From NCBI GenBank assembly GCA_012523215.1, contig JAAYIZ010000170.1:165-64164 (forward strand): a DNA stretch of 64,000 bases, read 5' to 3'. Below are positions 9,438-19,092 of this stretch, piece by piece (the first letter of the stretch is position 1; each line of letters begins with the position of its first letter). The DNA comes from Thermovirga sp. (GTDB taxonomy: Bacteria > Synergistota > Synergistia > Synergistales > Thermovirgaceae). A model generated the notes under the pieces. It saw only the letters and a list, made by a program, of their open reading frames with translations. It had not been told where the DNA came from and searched no databases. The translations under genes and the position numbers were made by a program.

Positions 9438-9862
9438 ACTCTCACACCTTGGAACTGAGCTCCGGCTACAACCAGGAGATCAAAGGGCATGGATCGTTGT
9501 GGATCCTGGCCTGCGCCGGCATAGTCGCCCTGCTCATGGGGCTTGTGGGGTTGAGGCTTTATTCCCTCAACCTGGAGTACCAATTGGCGGATATCCAGAG
9601 GCAGATAGTCCTCAGGGAGGAAGAGCAGTCGAAGTTGGAAAAGGATTTGGCTGGTTTACTGAATCCCTCTAGAGTGTATAGTTATGCAAGGTCTGAATTG
9701 GGGATGAAGGCTTCCTCCAGTATAGGCGTGGTGAGGGTCGCTGCCGTCAATACAGGGCCTCCGGCATACCAGGAGTATGACAGGGCCGATTCGGGTGTCA
9801 TCAAAAAGGCCCTTGTGTGGCTGGCGGATTCCGTGTCGAGAAAGGCTTCTGCCCGACAGTGA
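9434..9862 (+). CDS. ftsL: Cell division protein FtsL-like (bitopic, coiled coil)
   Basis: 142 aa, a single TM (LWILACAGIVALLMGLVGLRLY) followed by a heptad-like segment. It occupies the canonical rsmH-ftsL-ftsI slot with an ATGA overlap. The call rests on position and topology only. Confidence 0.6.
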   Translation: MNSHTLELSSGYNQEIKGHGSLWILACAGIVALLMGLVGLRLYSLNLEYQLADIQRQIVLREEEQSKLEKDLAGLLNPSRVYSYARSELGMKASSSIGVVRVAAVNTGPPAYQEYDRADSGVIKKALVWLADSVSRKASARQ

Positions 9863-9897
9863 TCGTAAATTGACGGACGAAGGACGGTCTGTACCGG

Positions 9898-11541
9898 ATG
9901 AAAGACCTGAGGAAGAGCCCCTGGCTTTTGATTGCCGCGTTTATATTGGTGCTGCTCTTCCGACTTTATTCCCGTCATGTCGATCCGGATCCTAGGATCA
10001 TATCGCAAGCAGGAAGCCAATACTGGGCCAGGCTGAAGGTCGCGGCCCCCAGGGGTTTTATCAGGGACAGGAATGGGATTGCCTTGGCGATCTCCTCGCA
10101 TTCTCTTAGTTTTTTTATCGACCCCACCCTGTGGGACCCGGGAAATGCCCCGCTTCTCCAGGACTTGATTCCCAAAGCTAGGCTCGAGAAAATTTCCACT
10201 AAAATGGAGGGCCGGTACTATCCAATTGTGCGGAAGGTAGACCCCTCCGTTTCCGACCGGATCATAAGTCTGAAACTCCCCGGGCTTTTCTGGGTAAAGG
10301 AGACCAAAAGAATTTATCCCCAGGGAAGCACCCTGTGTCACGTGCTGGGTTTTTGTTCAATCGATGACGCGGGCCTGGCTGGAACGGAATTATTTTGGGA
10401 TCGTGTTCTTTATGCGCCTCCCGAGGGGAGAATCATAGCCAAAGATGCGAAGGGCCATTTCGTCGATGTGGCTCTGCCAGGCCATACTCTGGCCGCCGAA
10501 AACAATTCACTGGTTCAGCTTACCATCGATTCCAGGCTCCAGCATGTCCTCGAGCAGAGGCTCAGGGAGGGCGCTGATCAGCACGGGGCAGAATGGGCAG
10601 CGGCGGTGCTCCTCGAACCATCGACGGGGATGATCCTGGGAATGGCAAGCCTCCCTGATTTCAATCCAAACGACAGGACTACCTTTGCCGTAAAAGAATC
10701 CCTCAGAAATAACGTCCTTTCCAGAGTTTTCGAGCCCGGATCGACCTTCAAACCCATTATCATGTCAAACCTAGTCGATAACGGGGAGGTTTCCCTGGGA
10801 ACCATCGTGAACTGCCAGGGGAAGATTAAAGTGGCTGATGTTACAATCCATGACGTAAAGGCTCACGGAAGGGTGAACCCTACCAGCATCATCGCTGATT
10901 CTTGCAACGTGGGGATGGTCTCCGGCATAAAAAATTCCGATCCTTTCAGGACCTACTCTTTTTTAAAAAGGTGCGGATTTGGGGGCCTTACGGGCGTTGA
11001 GATACCGGGGGAAGAGTCCGGTTTGATCATGCCCCCGTCCCAGTGGCGGGGTTCCGTCCCGGCCGCAATAGCTATAGGACAGGGTATCGGGGTCACACCT
11101 CTTCAATTGGCACTGGCTACAGCCTCCATCGCGAACGGAGGGAAATTGATGAAACCCTTTATCGTTTACGAGATCAGGAACAAGGAGAGCAAATTGGAAT
11201 ATAAAGGCAAACCTATTGTCCTGGGTGAGGTTATGTCTACCCATACATCGCAATGGATGAGGGAAGCCATGAGACAAGCCGTGGAAAAGGGAACCGGGAG
11301 GTCCGCCGATGTTCCAGGAGTCAAAGTGGCAGGTAAAACTGGAACAGCCCAGGTACCGGGTGCCGGAGGGTATCTCAAAGGTGACTACACTCCTTCCTTT
11401 GTTGGTTTCTGGCCCTACGACGACCCGAAATACCTGCTTTTGGTCGTGATAGGCAACCCGAGGGAAGGGGATTTCCTCGGCGGAAAAGTGGCGGCTCCGA
11501 TCTTCAGGAGCATTGTACAGGACATAGAACTGATTTCCTGA
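9898..11541 (+). CDS. ftsI: Class B penicillin-binding protein (FtsI/PBP2B-type transpeptidase)
   Basis: N-terminal TM, with transpeptidase motifs STFK, SCN and KTGTA in the correct order and spacing. Confidence 0.92.
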   Translation: MKDLRKSPWLLIAAFILVLLFRLYSRHVDPDPRIISQAGSQYWARLKVAAPRGFIRDRNGIALAISSHSLSFFIDPTLWDPGNAPLLQDLIPKARLEKISTKMEGRYYPIVRKVDPSVSDRIISLKLPGLFWVKETKRIYPQGSTLCHVLGFCSIDDAGLAGTELFWDRVLYAPPEGRIIAKDAKGHFVDVALPGHTLAAENNSLVQLTIDSRLQHVLEQRLREGADQHGAEWAAAVLLEPSTGMILGMASLPDFNPNDRTTFAVKESLRNNVLSRVFEPGSTFKPIIMSNLVDNGEVSLGTIVNCQGKIKVADVTIHDVKAHGRVNPTSIIADSCNVGMVSGIKNSDPFRTYSFLKRCGFGGLTGVEIPGEESGLIMPPSQWRGSVPAAIAIGQGIGVTPLQLALATASIANGGKLMKPFIVYEIRNKESKLEYKGKPIVLGEVMSTHTSQWMREAMRQAVEKGTGRSADVPGVKVAGKTGTAQVPGAGGYLKGDYTPSFVGFWPYDDPKYLLLVVIGNPREGDFLGGKVAAPIFRSIVQDIELIS

Positions 11542-11564
11542 ATGGGGAGGTTGTTGATCCGACG

Positions 11565-13103
11565 ATGAGGGTCTCGGATGTTATAAACCTTCTGAAGGAG
11601 CGCGGAATGCTGCGCGATGATACAGCCGCCGGGGTCAATCCAGCGGCGGGTGGACTCGAAGTAGATCCCAAGATCAGTGGCGTTTTCATGGATTCGCGAA
11701 AGGTGGTATCCGGAGGTGTTTTCGTCTGCCTCAAGGGGGCGACTTACGATGGCCACGATCATGCCCTGGAGGCACTGATCAATGGAGCAGTGTGCGTTAT
11801 CTCGGAGAGAGTCACGCCTGCCCCGGTTATCCATCTCCTGGTCGGGAATCCGAAGATCGCGATGGGACATGTGGCGTCGTCCTTTTTTGCCGACCCTGCG
11901 AATTCGCTGAATATGATCGCCGTAACGGGGACCAATGGAAAAACGACCACGGCCTATATGCTGAGGTCAATTTTCAACTCTTCAGGCCATCGATCGGGGA
12001 TGCTGGGTACCGTAATCTACGATATAGGTGCCGGCACGGAACAAGATGCCCGAAGAACAACCCCGGAATCGCCGGAAATTCAATCCATGCTCCGTGAGAT
12101 GATGGTTAACGGCTGTGATTATTGTGTCATGGAAACCTCCTCCCATGGTCTGAACCAGGGGAGGCTGACCGGGTGCCGCTTTGACGGAGCCGTTTTCACA
12201 AACCTCTCAGCGGAACACCTGGATTTCCATGGAACAATGGAGGAGTATTTCAAGTCAAAGATGGTCCTTTTCAGGGATCATATGAAGGCGCCGGGCTGGA
12301 TAGGAGCTTCGAATATTTCTGATCCCTACGGCAAGAGGGTCAAAGGTTTTTTCCCTGACAGGATCGTCACCTTCTCACTGAATAGGCAGGATTCCCCCGA
12401 CTTTTACGGAGCTGTGAAGAAATTGAGCCTTACGGGCCTTGAAATGGCGATTTTTTCCAGGAATGAAGGCCTGCTTTTCGAGGTCTGCCTTCCCCTGACG
12501 GGACGCTTCAATGCCTTAAACGCCCTGGGGTCGGCGTCTCTTTCCCTTTCATTGGGTTTTGACCCCCCAAGGGTCAAAAAAGGCTTAGAAGCCATGCCGC
12601 AGGTGCCTGGTCGCCTCCAGCGTTACTCTTTTTCGAACGGTGTGACAGCCATTATCGATTACGCCCATACGCCCGATGCGCTTCAAAATGTCCTTGCCTC
12701 GCTAAGGGAAGTAAGCGGAGGGAAAATTTGGACCCTGTTCGGCTCAGGGGGAGACCGCTTCAAGGGCAATCGGCCCCTGATGGGAAGGGTGGCAGTTTCA
12801 TTATCGGACCGGGTCGTCATCACGATGGATAACCCCAGAAGCGAGGACCCCGCCCGCATCGCCGAGGAGATCCTTGCCGGCGTCGATGACGAAAGGGAGG
12901 GGAGAAGTTTTCCAGAGGTCATTCTGGACAGGCGCGAGGCAATTCATTCCGTTCTTGACAGGGCCGACGCGGACGATGTGATCCTTATCGCGGGGAAGGG
13001 ACCCGAGCGGAATATAATCTTTGCGGACAGGGTCATTCCCTACCAGGATTCCGAGACGGTGGAGGAGTGGTCTTCATCAAGGGGGCTAAAATGGGCGAGG
13101 TAA
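11565..13103 (+). CDS. murE: UDP-MurNAc-L-Ala-D-Glu:meso-diaminopimelate ligase MurE
   Basis: Mur ligase P-loop GTNGKTTT. The DNPR motif (ITMDNPRSEDP) is associated with DAP-adding MurE. Confidence 0.94.
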   Translation: MRVSDVINLLKERGMLRDDTAAGVNPAAGGLEVDPKISGVFMDSRKVVSGGVFVCLKGATYDGHDHALEALINGAVCVISERVTPAPVIHLLVGNPKIAMGHVASSFFADPANSLNMIAVTGTNGKTTTAYMLRSIFNSSGHRSGMLGTVIYDIGAGTEQDARRTTPESPEIQSMLREMMVNGCDYCVMETSSHGLNQGRLTGCRFDGAVFTNLSAEHLDFHGTMEEYFKSKMVLFRDHMKAPGWIGASNISDPYGKRVKGFFPDRIVTFSLNRQDSPDFYGAVKKLSLTGLEMAIFSRNEGLLFEVCLPLTGRFNALNALGSASLSLSLGFDPPRVKKGLEAMPQVPGRLQRYSFSNGVTAIIDYAHTPDALQNVLASLREVSGGKIWTLFGSGGDRFKGNRPLMGRVAVSLSDRVVITMDNPRSEDPARIAEEILAGVDDEREGRSFPEVILDRREAIHSVLDRADADDVILIAGKGPERNIIFADRVIPYQDSETVEEWSSSRGLKWAR

Positions 13104-14509
13104 AGGATTTCAAAAAAACCACCCCGGTGTGGTCCCTCCACGAAGCGGCGGCAACGATCGGAACCCGGTTCACCGGTGAGGATATCCCGATGCCTCGTCA
13201 AATTTTCGTCGACAGCAGGGATGTCCTTCCCGGCAGCCTTTTTGTCGCCCTGAGGGGCGAAAAAGCTGACGGACAGGATTTCATCGAGGACGCGGTTAAG
13301 AGGGGAGCGGCAGGGTTGATCTGCCGCCCTCCTGCCCCGGATAGTCATCTTGAGGGGTTACTCAAAAGCGGCATGCCTGCCATTGTGACCGGAGATGCCA
13401 AAACCGCCTTGAGGGATCTTTCCCTGGAATGGCTTAATAGAATAGACCCCGCTCTGATCATTGGCATTACCGGAACGGTAGGAAAGACAACCACCAGGGA
13501 GATGATCAAAACTGTTCTGGCCAACTCCCTGGAGGTTCATTCGCCCAGGAGGAGTTTCAACACGGATATCGGTTGCGCCGTCACCGTCCTCGAGGCTCCA
13601 CCCGGAACGGAAATACTGCTTCTTGAACTGGGTACGAATCGCCCCGGTGAGATCAAGGAGTTGGCAAAGGCCTATCGCCCCGGGTTCGGGGTGATAACCG
13701 AAGTGGGACCAGGCCACCTGCAGGGTCTGAAGAGCATCAGGGGGGTCCTCGAAGCCAAATTGGAACTCCTGGAAGCCCCTTCGTTAAATGTTTTGTCTTA
13801 TAATTTAGATAACCAGCTATTGGCCCGTGCCATCAGGGACTCGGGGAGGAGCCCGGAGCTTGTCCCGGTAGGCTACAAAAGTTCAATGTACCGAATCCTC
13901 GAGGCCCGGAGCGACGTTCAGGACGGGTGCCTTGTTCTTGTCGTCGTGATCGATACCCCCACGGGGAAACGGAAATACCAGGCGGGGCTTTTTGGTGAGC
14001 ATCACGCTTACGGTCTGGCTTTTGCCTCGCTCGTGGGTGATAGCCTGGGGATCCCTCCGGTCGAACAGGAGAAGAGGCTTTCCTCCTTCAGGGCTTTGCC
14101 TGGAAGGGGCAATTCCTTCACATCAGGAAAGGGTTTCCTGGTCATCGACGAGACTTATAATGCCAACCCGGTTTCGATGTCGGCTGCACTGAAGGCCCTC
14201 GCAGCGCTTCCTTTTTCTGCGAAAAAAAGTGCTGTACTTGGAGGTATGGGCGAACTGGGAGAGGAATCTCCACAATGGCATCGGTCCATGGTCTCGTCCT
14301 TTCAGGGATTGGACCACGTTCTGCTGGTAGGAGAACCGTGGGAGGCGGTTTTCAGGGATGGACTGCCGGCAAATTGCCATATTGTCGCCTTTGATGACCT
14401 CGAGGGGTTTTTCAGGAGCCGGTTTTACCCGGGTGACCTTGTGCTTTTCAAAGGTTCTCGTTCGTTTCATATGGAAAAAGCCGTTAAAATATTGGAGAAT
14501 CTTCGATAA
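13091..14509 (+). CDS. murF: UDP-MurNAc-tripeptide:D-Ala-D-Ala ligase MurF
   Basis: Mur ligase P-loop GTVGKTTT in the murE-murF-mraY position. ATG 13091 is preceded by AAGGGGG. GTG 13067 is an alternative start. Confidence 0.9.
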   Translation: MGEVKDFKKTTPVWSLHEAAATIGTRFTGEDIPMPRQIFVDSRDVLPGSLFVALRGEKADGQDFIEDAVKRGAAGLICRPPAPDSHLEGLLKSGMPAIVTGDAKTALRDLSLEWLNRIDPALIIGITGTVGKTTTREMIKTVLANSLEVHSPRRSFNTDIGCAVTVLEAPPGTEILLLELGTNRPGEIKELAKAYRPGFGVITEVGPGHLQGLKSIRGVLEAKLELLEAPSLNVLSYNLDNQLLARAIRDSGRSPELVPVGYKSSMYRILEARSDVQDGCLVLVVVIDTPTGKRKYQAGLFGEHHAYGLAFASLVGDSLGIPPVEQEKRLSSFRALPGRGNSFTSGKGFLVIDETYNANPVSMSAALKALAALPFSAKKSAVLGGMGELGEESPQWHRSMVSSFQGLDHVLLVGEPWEAVFRDGLPANCHIVAFDDLEGFFRSRFYPGDLVLFKGSRSFHMEKAVKILENLR

Positions 14510-15462
14510 TGTCCAGTGCTGGGCTGCTCCTTGCGGTTTTTCTGTCTGGAATCGCCCTGCAAGAACCCTGGATTAGGTTTCTCAGGAAGAGAAAGGTCAT
14601 TCAAAACCTCAAGCTCTATGGCCCTCAAAACCATCTCAAGGATAAAAAGAATACCCCCACCATGGGCGGCGCGGTATTCCTGCTAGTGGCTTTGCTTTTT
14701 GGGATGGCCCTGGTTTTTTTCGGCAGGTGGTCCTGTTACGAGGCATTTTTGCTCCTCGGCTTTCCCCTTACTGGCGGCGCAATAGGGTTGGCCGACGACC
14801 TTATCAAACACTTCCGCGGTTCAAGCGAGGGGTTCCGTAGCCTCCAGAAATTGGCGCTGCAGGTGCTGTCAGCCGCCGCCTGGACCTTCCTCTTTATGCC
14901 CGAAGGCATGCTGATCTTGGCTCCGGGCCTCGTTCTCAGGGGATTTCCCGGTTCTGCCGTGCTCCTGTTTTTCCTGGTGGGAACCTTAAACGCGGCCAAC
15001 ATAACCGATGGGCTTGATGGCCTGCTATCGGGTATAGCGGGGATTTCCTTCGCGGCGCTCTTGGTCTTTACCTTCGAAGGAGATCCCGGTCGATTGGCGG
15101 CGCTGTTAGGCTTGGGCCTTTCCGCCAGCTTCCTGGTCTTTAATTTTCATCCCGCCAGGGTATTCATGGGAGATTGCGGATCCCACTTTCTTGGTGGACT
15201 TCTTGTCTCAATCTGTGCCGCCAGGGGCATGCTTCTGCTTATTCTTCCCCTTGGGTTCATTATGGGGCTGGAGGTCCTTTCTGTAATCATCCAGATTGTG
15301 TTTATCAGGGGCTTTGGAAAAAAGATTTTTTTGATGAGCCCCCTTCATCATCATTTCGAAATGTCCGGATGGGGAGAAAGAGCGGTTGTTTTCAGTTTCT
15401 GGGTTTTTCACCTTATGGCTATGGGGTTGCTTTTATTTCTTTTGAGAGGTTTCTTTTTTTAA
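14509..15462 (+). CDS. mraY: Phospho-N-acetylmuramoyl-pentapeptide transferase MraY
   Basis: Polytopic membrane protein with NAANITDGLDGL and PLHHHFE motifs. Confidence 0.95.
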   Translation: MSSAGLLLAVFLSGIALQEPWIRFLRKRKVIQNLKLYGPQNHLKDKKNTPTMGGAVFLLVALLFGMALVFFGRWSCYEAFLLLGFPLTGGAIGLADDLIKHFRGSSEGFRSLQKLALQVLSAAAWTFLFMPEGMLILAPGLVLRGFPGSAVLLFFLVGTLNAANITDGLDGLLSGIAGISFAALLVFTFEGDPGRLAALLGLGLSASFLVFNFHPARVFMGDCGSHFLGGLLVSICAARGMLLLILPLGFIMGLEVLSVIIQIVFIRGFGKKIFLMSPLHHHFEMSGWGERAVVFSFWVFHLMAMGLLLFLLRGFFF

Positions 15463-15509
15463 CAGGGGGAATTGAATATGAGTGCGTCTTCGGGGCCGGC
15501 GGAGAACCC

Positions 15510-16871
15510 ATGAAAGCCAAGGACAGGATCACGGTGATCGGTGCTGGTGTGAGCGGCAGGGCTCTTGCGGTTTTTGCGAGGAAACTGGGTCACGCCGTTT
15601 TCGTCTCCGAGGCCAAGGCCGTTGGCGATGAGACCAGCGAACTTTTCCGCCGGTTCGGGGTGGAATATGAGTTTGGTGGCCACACTGAGAGAATACTGGA
15701 CTGCGATGCCATGGTTCTCGGATCCGGGGTGCCCCCTGGTTCCGAACCAGTTTCCAGGGCCCAGGGAAAGGGCGTAAGGGTGATCGGGGAGGTCGATTTC
15801 CTGGCACCCCATCTGGAAGGATCCCTCATAGGTGTCACGGGAAGCAACGGCAAGACCACGACCGCCCTCCTCACGGGCCATATGCTCCAAGAGGCGGGTT
15901 TCCGGGCGGGAGTGGCCGGTAATGTCGGAAGTCCTCTCGCGAGCCATGCCGGACTGGATCAGGAGATCCTGGTGATAGAACTCAGCAGCTTCCAGCTCTT
16001 TTGGGCCCACGACCTTCGCCTTGATATTGCCGTGGTCACCAACCTGGAACCTGATCACATAGATTGGCATGGTTCGGTCGAGGAGTATTATAGGGCGAAA
16101 GCGAAAATCGTCGGTATGTTGAGAAGCACCGGCTTCCTGGTCTGCCAGGAAAGAGACCTTTCATTCCTTATGTCTGATGTTCTGCCTCCGGCCGGGGTAT
16201 TCCCTCTGAGCTGGGAGAAAGAGCCCGCCGAAAGGAGAAAGGAAAACCTGTTAATGAAGGATGATCGAACCGTCATGGTCTCCGGCGGCGTCGAGCAGGT
16301 TCTTTTCAACTTCAATGCTGTACGCCTTCTTGGCAGGCATAACCTGGAAAATGCCGCCATGTCAGCGGCCTCCTTTCTCCTGGCAGGTGGCCAAAGGGAT
16401 GCCTTAACAGCGGCTTTGGCGAGCTTCAGATCACCCCCCCACCGCTGCGAACTGGTTGAGACCGTGGACGGGGTCTCATTCATCGATGACTCGAAGGGCA
16501 CCAATGTCGCCGCCACCATCGCGGCCCTGTTCTCTCTCGAAGGGGACAAGGTCATCGTTCTTGGCGGCAGGGGTAAGGGCGAGGATTATGGATCTCTAGC
16601 CGATGCCGTCCTATTGAAATCTGTGGCGGTGGTGCTTCTCGGTGAAGAATCCCCCCGGATCAGGCAAGCCCTGGAATCAAGGGGCTTCAAGAGAATCATC
16701 GAGGCGGCGAACATGAAAGAGGCCGTTTCGCGAGCTTTTGAGATGTCCTCCCGGGGGGGGATGGTCCTTCTGTCGCCGGCCTGCACCAGTTGGGATATGT
16801 ACGCGAACTTCGCTGAAAAAGGGGAAGATTTTCAAAGATGGGTTAAAGCTCTGAAGCAGGAGCCGTTCTGA
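15510..16871 (+). CDS. murD: UDP-MurNAc-L-Ala:D-Glu ligase MurD
   Basis: VIGAGVSGRA N-terminal fold and GSNGKTTT P-loop. ATG 15510 lies after the mraY stop. The track start 15174 lies inside mraY. Confidence 0.94.
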   Translation: MKAKDRITVIGAGVSGRALAVFARKLGHAVFVSEAKAVGDETSELFRRFGVEYEFGGHTERILDCDAMVLGSGVPPGSEPVSRAQGKGVRVIGEVDFLAPHLEGSLIGVTGSNGKTTTALLTGHMLQEAGFRAGVAGNVGSPLASHAGLDQEILVIELSSFQLFWAHDLRLDIAVVTNLEPDHIDWHGSVEEYYRAKAKIVGMLRSTGFLVCQERDLSFLMSDVLPPAGVFPLSWEKEPAERRKENLLMKDDRTVMVSGGVEQVLFNFNAVRLLGRHNLENAAMSAASFLLAGGQRDALTAALASFRSPPHRCELVETVDGVSFIDDSKGTNVAATIAALFSLEGDKVIVLGGRGKGEDYGSLADAVLLKSVAVVLLGEESPRIRQALESRGFKRIIEAANMKEAVSRAFEMSSRGGMVLLSPACTSWDMYANFAEKGEDFQRWVKALKQEPF

Positions 16872-18019
16872 TGTCCGGCGGAAAACTCCTTCCGGGCTCC
16901 GGTAAAAGCGCAACGTTCCGGAGTTTGTTCCTTCAGGCCACATGGGCTATCCCCCTTCTCCTCTCATGCCTTGGGATCCTGATGATATCCTCCGTTACAG
17001 CCCAACTCACAACCTCCCAGGGAAGGACCCCTTTCTTCTATGGACTGAAACAGGTACAGTGGTTGCTCGTCGGCCTCGGGGCCATGATTGCCTGCGCTCT
17101 TCCTCCCGTCGCTTTCTGGAAAAAATGGAGTGGAGTTATATGGTCCGGGGCAGTCCTGCTGATGATACTGACTCTTCTGCCGGAACTGGGCCGATCGGGA
17201 GGAGGTTCCAGCCGGTGGGTTAGAATCGGGCCTTTGAACCTCCAGGCTTCAGAGGTAATGATCTTTGCCCTGGCCATCCACCTGTCGAAGAAGTTGAGTG
17301 AAGAAGGCCTTACGAGAGGCAGGGCGATGGGGCGGACCCTGTTGATCTTTGCCCTTTCTGCCTGGCCATTCCTGTTTCAGCCCGATCTCGGCGGGGTAAT
17401 GATCCTTTGTGCCCTTTGCATGGCTGTTTTCGTCCAGGTCTTTGGTTGGATCATCCCCCTCGTCGCAGGATCTGCAGCTTCAGCAGTCGTTTTCATTCCC
17501 GTTGTTCTTTTGGGGCGGTATCGCATCGAGAGGATCACCAGTTTTTTGGATCCCTGGAGCGACCCCCTCGGGAGCGGGTTTCAGACCCTCCAGGGGTTCA
17601 TTGCTTTTGCCAATGGGGGGTTTTTAGGGGTGGGCATCGGACACGGTCTTCAGAAACTACAGTATCTTCCTGCGGCGCACACCGATTTCATACTGGCTGC
17701 GATCGGCGAGGAGTTGGGAATGGTAGGAACCTTTTCGATAGTCCTCCTCTACGCTTTGTTGTTGTTTATCCAGTACCTGTCCTACCGTTCTGCGGCGGGC
17801 CGATTCGAGGCTACCCTGGTCTGGGCCATAACCCTGGCGGTGTACATCCCCTTTTTCGTGAATGCCGCCGGAGTTCTCAGGCTGATCCCCCTGACCGGAG
17901 TGCCCCTCCCCTTTGTAAGTTACGGTGGCAGTTCTCTCGTGCTGGGATGGTGCAAGATCGGCATTTTAATGCGCCTTATGAGGCGGAACTTGTTCCCGGC
18001 TGAAGGGAGGACGACATGA
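16871..18019 (+). CDS. ftsW: SEDS-family peptidoglycan glycosyltransferase FtsW
   Basis: About 10 TM segments and the C-terminal GVPLPFVSYGGSS motif. ATGA overlap with murD. Confidence 0.9.
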   Translation: MSGGKLLPGSGKSATFRSLFLQATWAIPLLLSCLGILMISSVTAQLTTSQGRTPFFYGLKQVQWLLVGLGAMIACALPPVAFWKKWSGVIWSGAVLLMILTLLPELGRSGGGSSRWVRIGPLNLQASEVMIFALAIHLSKKLSEEGLTRGRAMGRTLLIFALSAWPFLFQPDLGGVMILCALCMAVFVQVFGWIIPLVAGSAASAVVFIPVVLLGRYRIERITSFLDPWSDPLGSGFQTLQGFIAFANGGFLGVGIGHGLQKLQYLPAAHTDFILAAIGEELGMVGTFSIVLLYALLLFIQYLSYRSAAGRFEATLVWAITLAVYIPFFVNAAGVLRLIPLTGVPLPFVSYGGSSLVLGWCKIGILMRLMRRNLFPAEGRTT

Positions 18020-19092
18020 AGATTTTGATTGCTGCCGGTGGTACCGGGGGTCATATTTGGCCCGCCCTATCCTTTTACGATTGGATTGACCGGAACCAGG
18101 CCACGGCAGAGGTCCTTTTTCTATCCGGGAGCCGTGACCTCGAAAAGAGTCTTTATATACATGCCGGTGTTTCTCCGGTGGTCCTTCCCATAGCCGGGTC
18201 GCCCCTTTGGGGTTCGCCAGGAACGAGGATTTCGCGCTCCATCGGTCTTGTCCGATCAATGAAAGTCGCCATGAGGGCCATAAAGGACTTTTCACCTGAT
18301 ATCTGCCTTTTGTTCGGCGGTTATGTCTCCGTGGCAGCCATGGCGGCATCGAAATTGCTAGGGCTGCCCCTCCTCTTACACGAGCAAAACGCCAGGGCCG
18401 GCAAGGTCACTTCTTTCGCAGCCAAGCTCGGGATCCCCATCTGTACGGGTTGGGAAATATGCGATCCTCTCTCCGCGAAGCGATACCTACCCGTTGGAAT
18501 CCCCGTCAGGCAATTGAGGCGCCTGGCTCCCGACGAAGCCTGGAGGCTTCTTGGATACAACCTGGATCTGCCGCCCGGACCCCGGGTCCTGGTCCTCGGA
18601 GGTTCAATGGGGAGTGATCCCCTGACCGGGCTCTTCAGGAACGTATCCGGTGATGAGTCCTTCGGAGGTTATCATTTCTTCGTGGTCGGCTCCACCGATA
18701 AACCCGTCAGGGTCGCTGAAAACCTGCTGCTTCTTCCTCGAGCATGGGAGATCGACCTCCTCTATTCCATTGCCGATGTCGTCATATCGAGAGCAGGGGC
18801 ATCAACCCTGGCGGAACTGGTTGCAATCGGCCTGCCTTCTGTCATAATTCCCTGGAGGGATGCGGCAGGGGACCATCAAGCGTCCAATGCCAGGATTTTT
18901 GCTCAAAAGGGATTCGGAACAATTTGGGAGGACGACAGTACTCTTGAAAAGCTTTTGTTCATGATAGACTATGAACTTAAGAAGGCTGGGCGTGGTCAAG
19001 CCTCTCCGTTTTCCGGGATACAGACCAGTGAAGCCAGTGAAAAGATCTGGGAACTTTTACAACAAATCGCCGAAGGGAGAGGTCGCAATTGA
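18016..19092 (+). CDS. murG: UDP-GlcNAc:lipid I GlcNAc transferase MurG
   Basis: N-terminal AAGGTGGHIWPA and C-terminal SRAGASTLAEL motifs. 4-nt overlap with ftsW. Confidence 0.94.
   Translation: MKILIAAGGTGGHIWPALSFYDWIDRNQATAEVLFLSGSRDLEKSLYIHAGVSPVVLPIAGSPLWGSPGTRISRSIGLVRSMKVAMRAIKDFSPDICLLFGGYVSVAAMAASKLLGLPLLLHEQNARAGKVTSFAAKLGIPICTGWEICDPLSAKRYLPVGIPVRQLRRLAPDEAWRLLGYNLDLPPGPRVLVLGGSMGSDPLTGLFRNVSGDESFGGYHFFVVGSTDKPVRVAENLLLLPRAWEIDLLYSIADVVISRAGASTLAELVAIGLPSVIIPWRDAAGDHQASNARIFAQKGFGTIWEDDSTLEKLLFMIDYELKKAGRGQASPFSGIQTSEASEKIWELLQQIAEGRGRN

Noticed and set aside
15174-15509. The long N-terminal extension of the murD ORF. Analogous extensions occur for mraZ (7969), rsmH (8430), ftsL (9200), murB (20416), whiA (33917), pgk (38331), tldD (to 56722) and AMMECR1 (to 63867).
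   Set aside because: The extensions overlap the upstream gene in another frame. Their composition is not protein-like. Internal starts with SD sequences reproduce the canonical N-termini.
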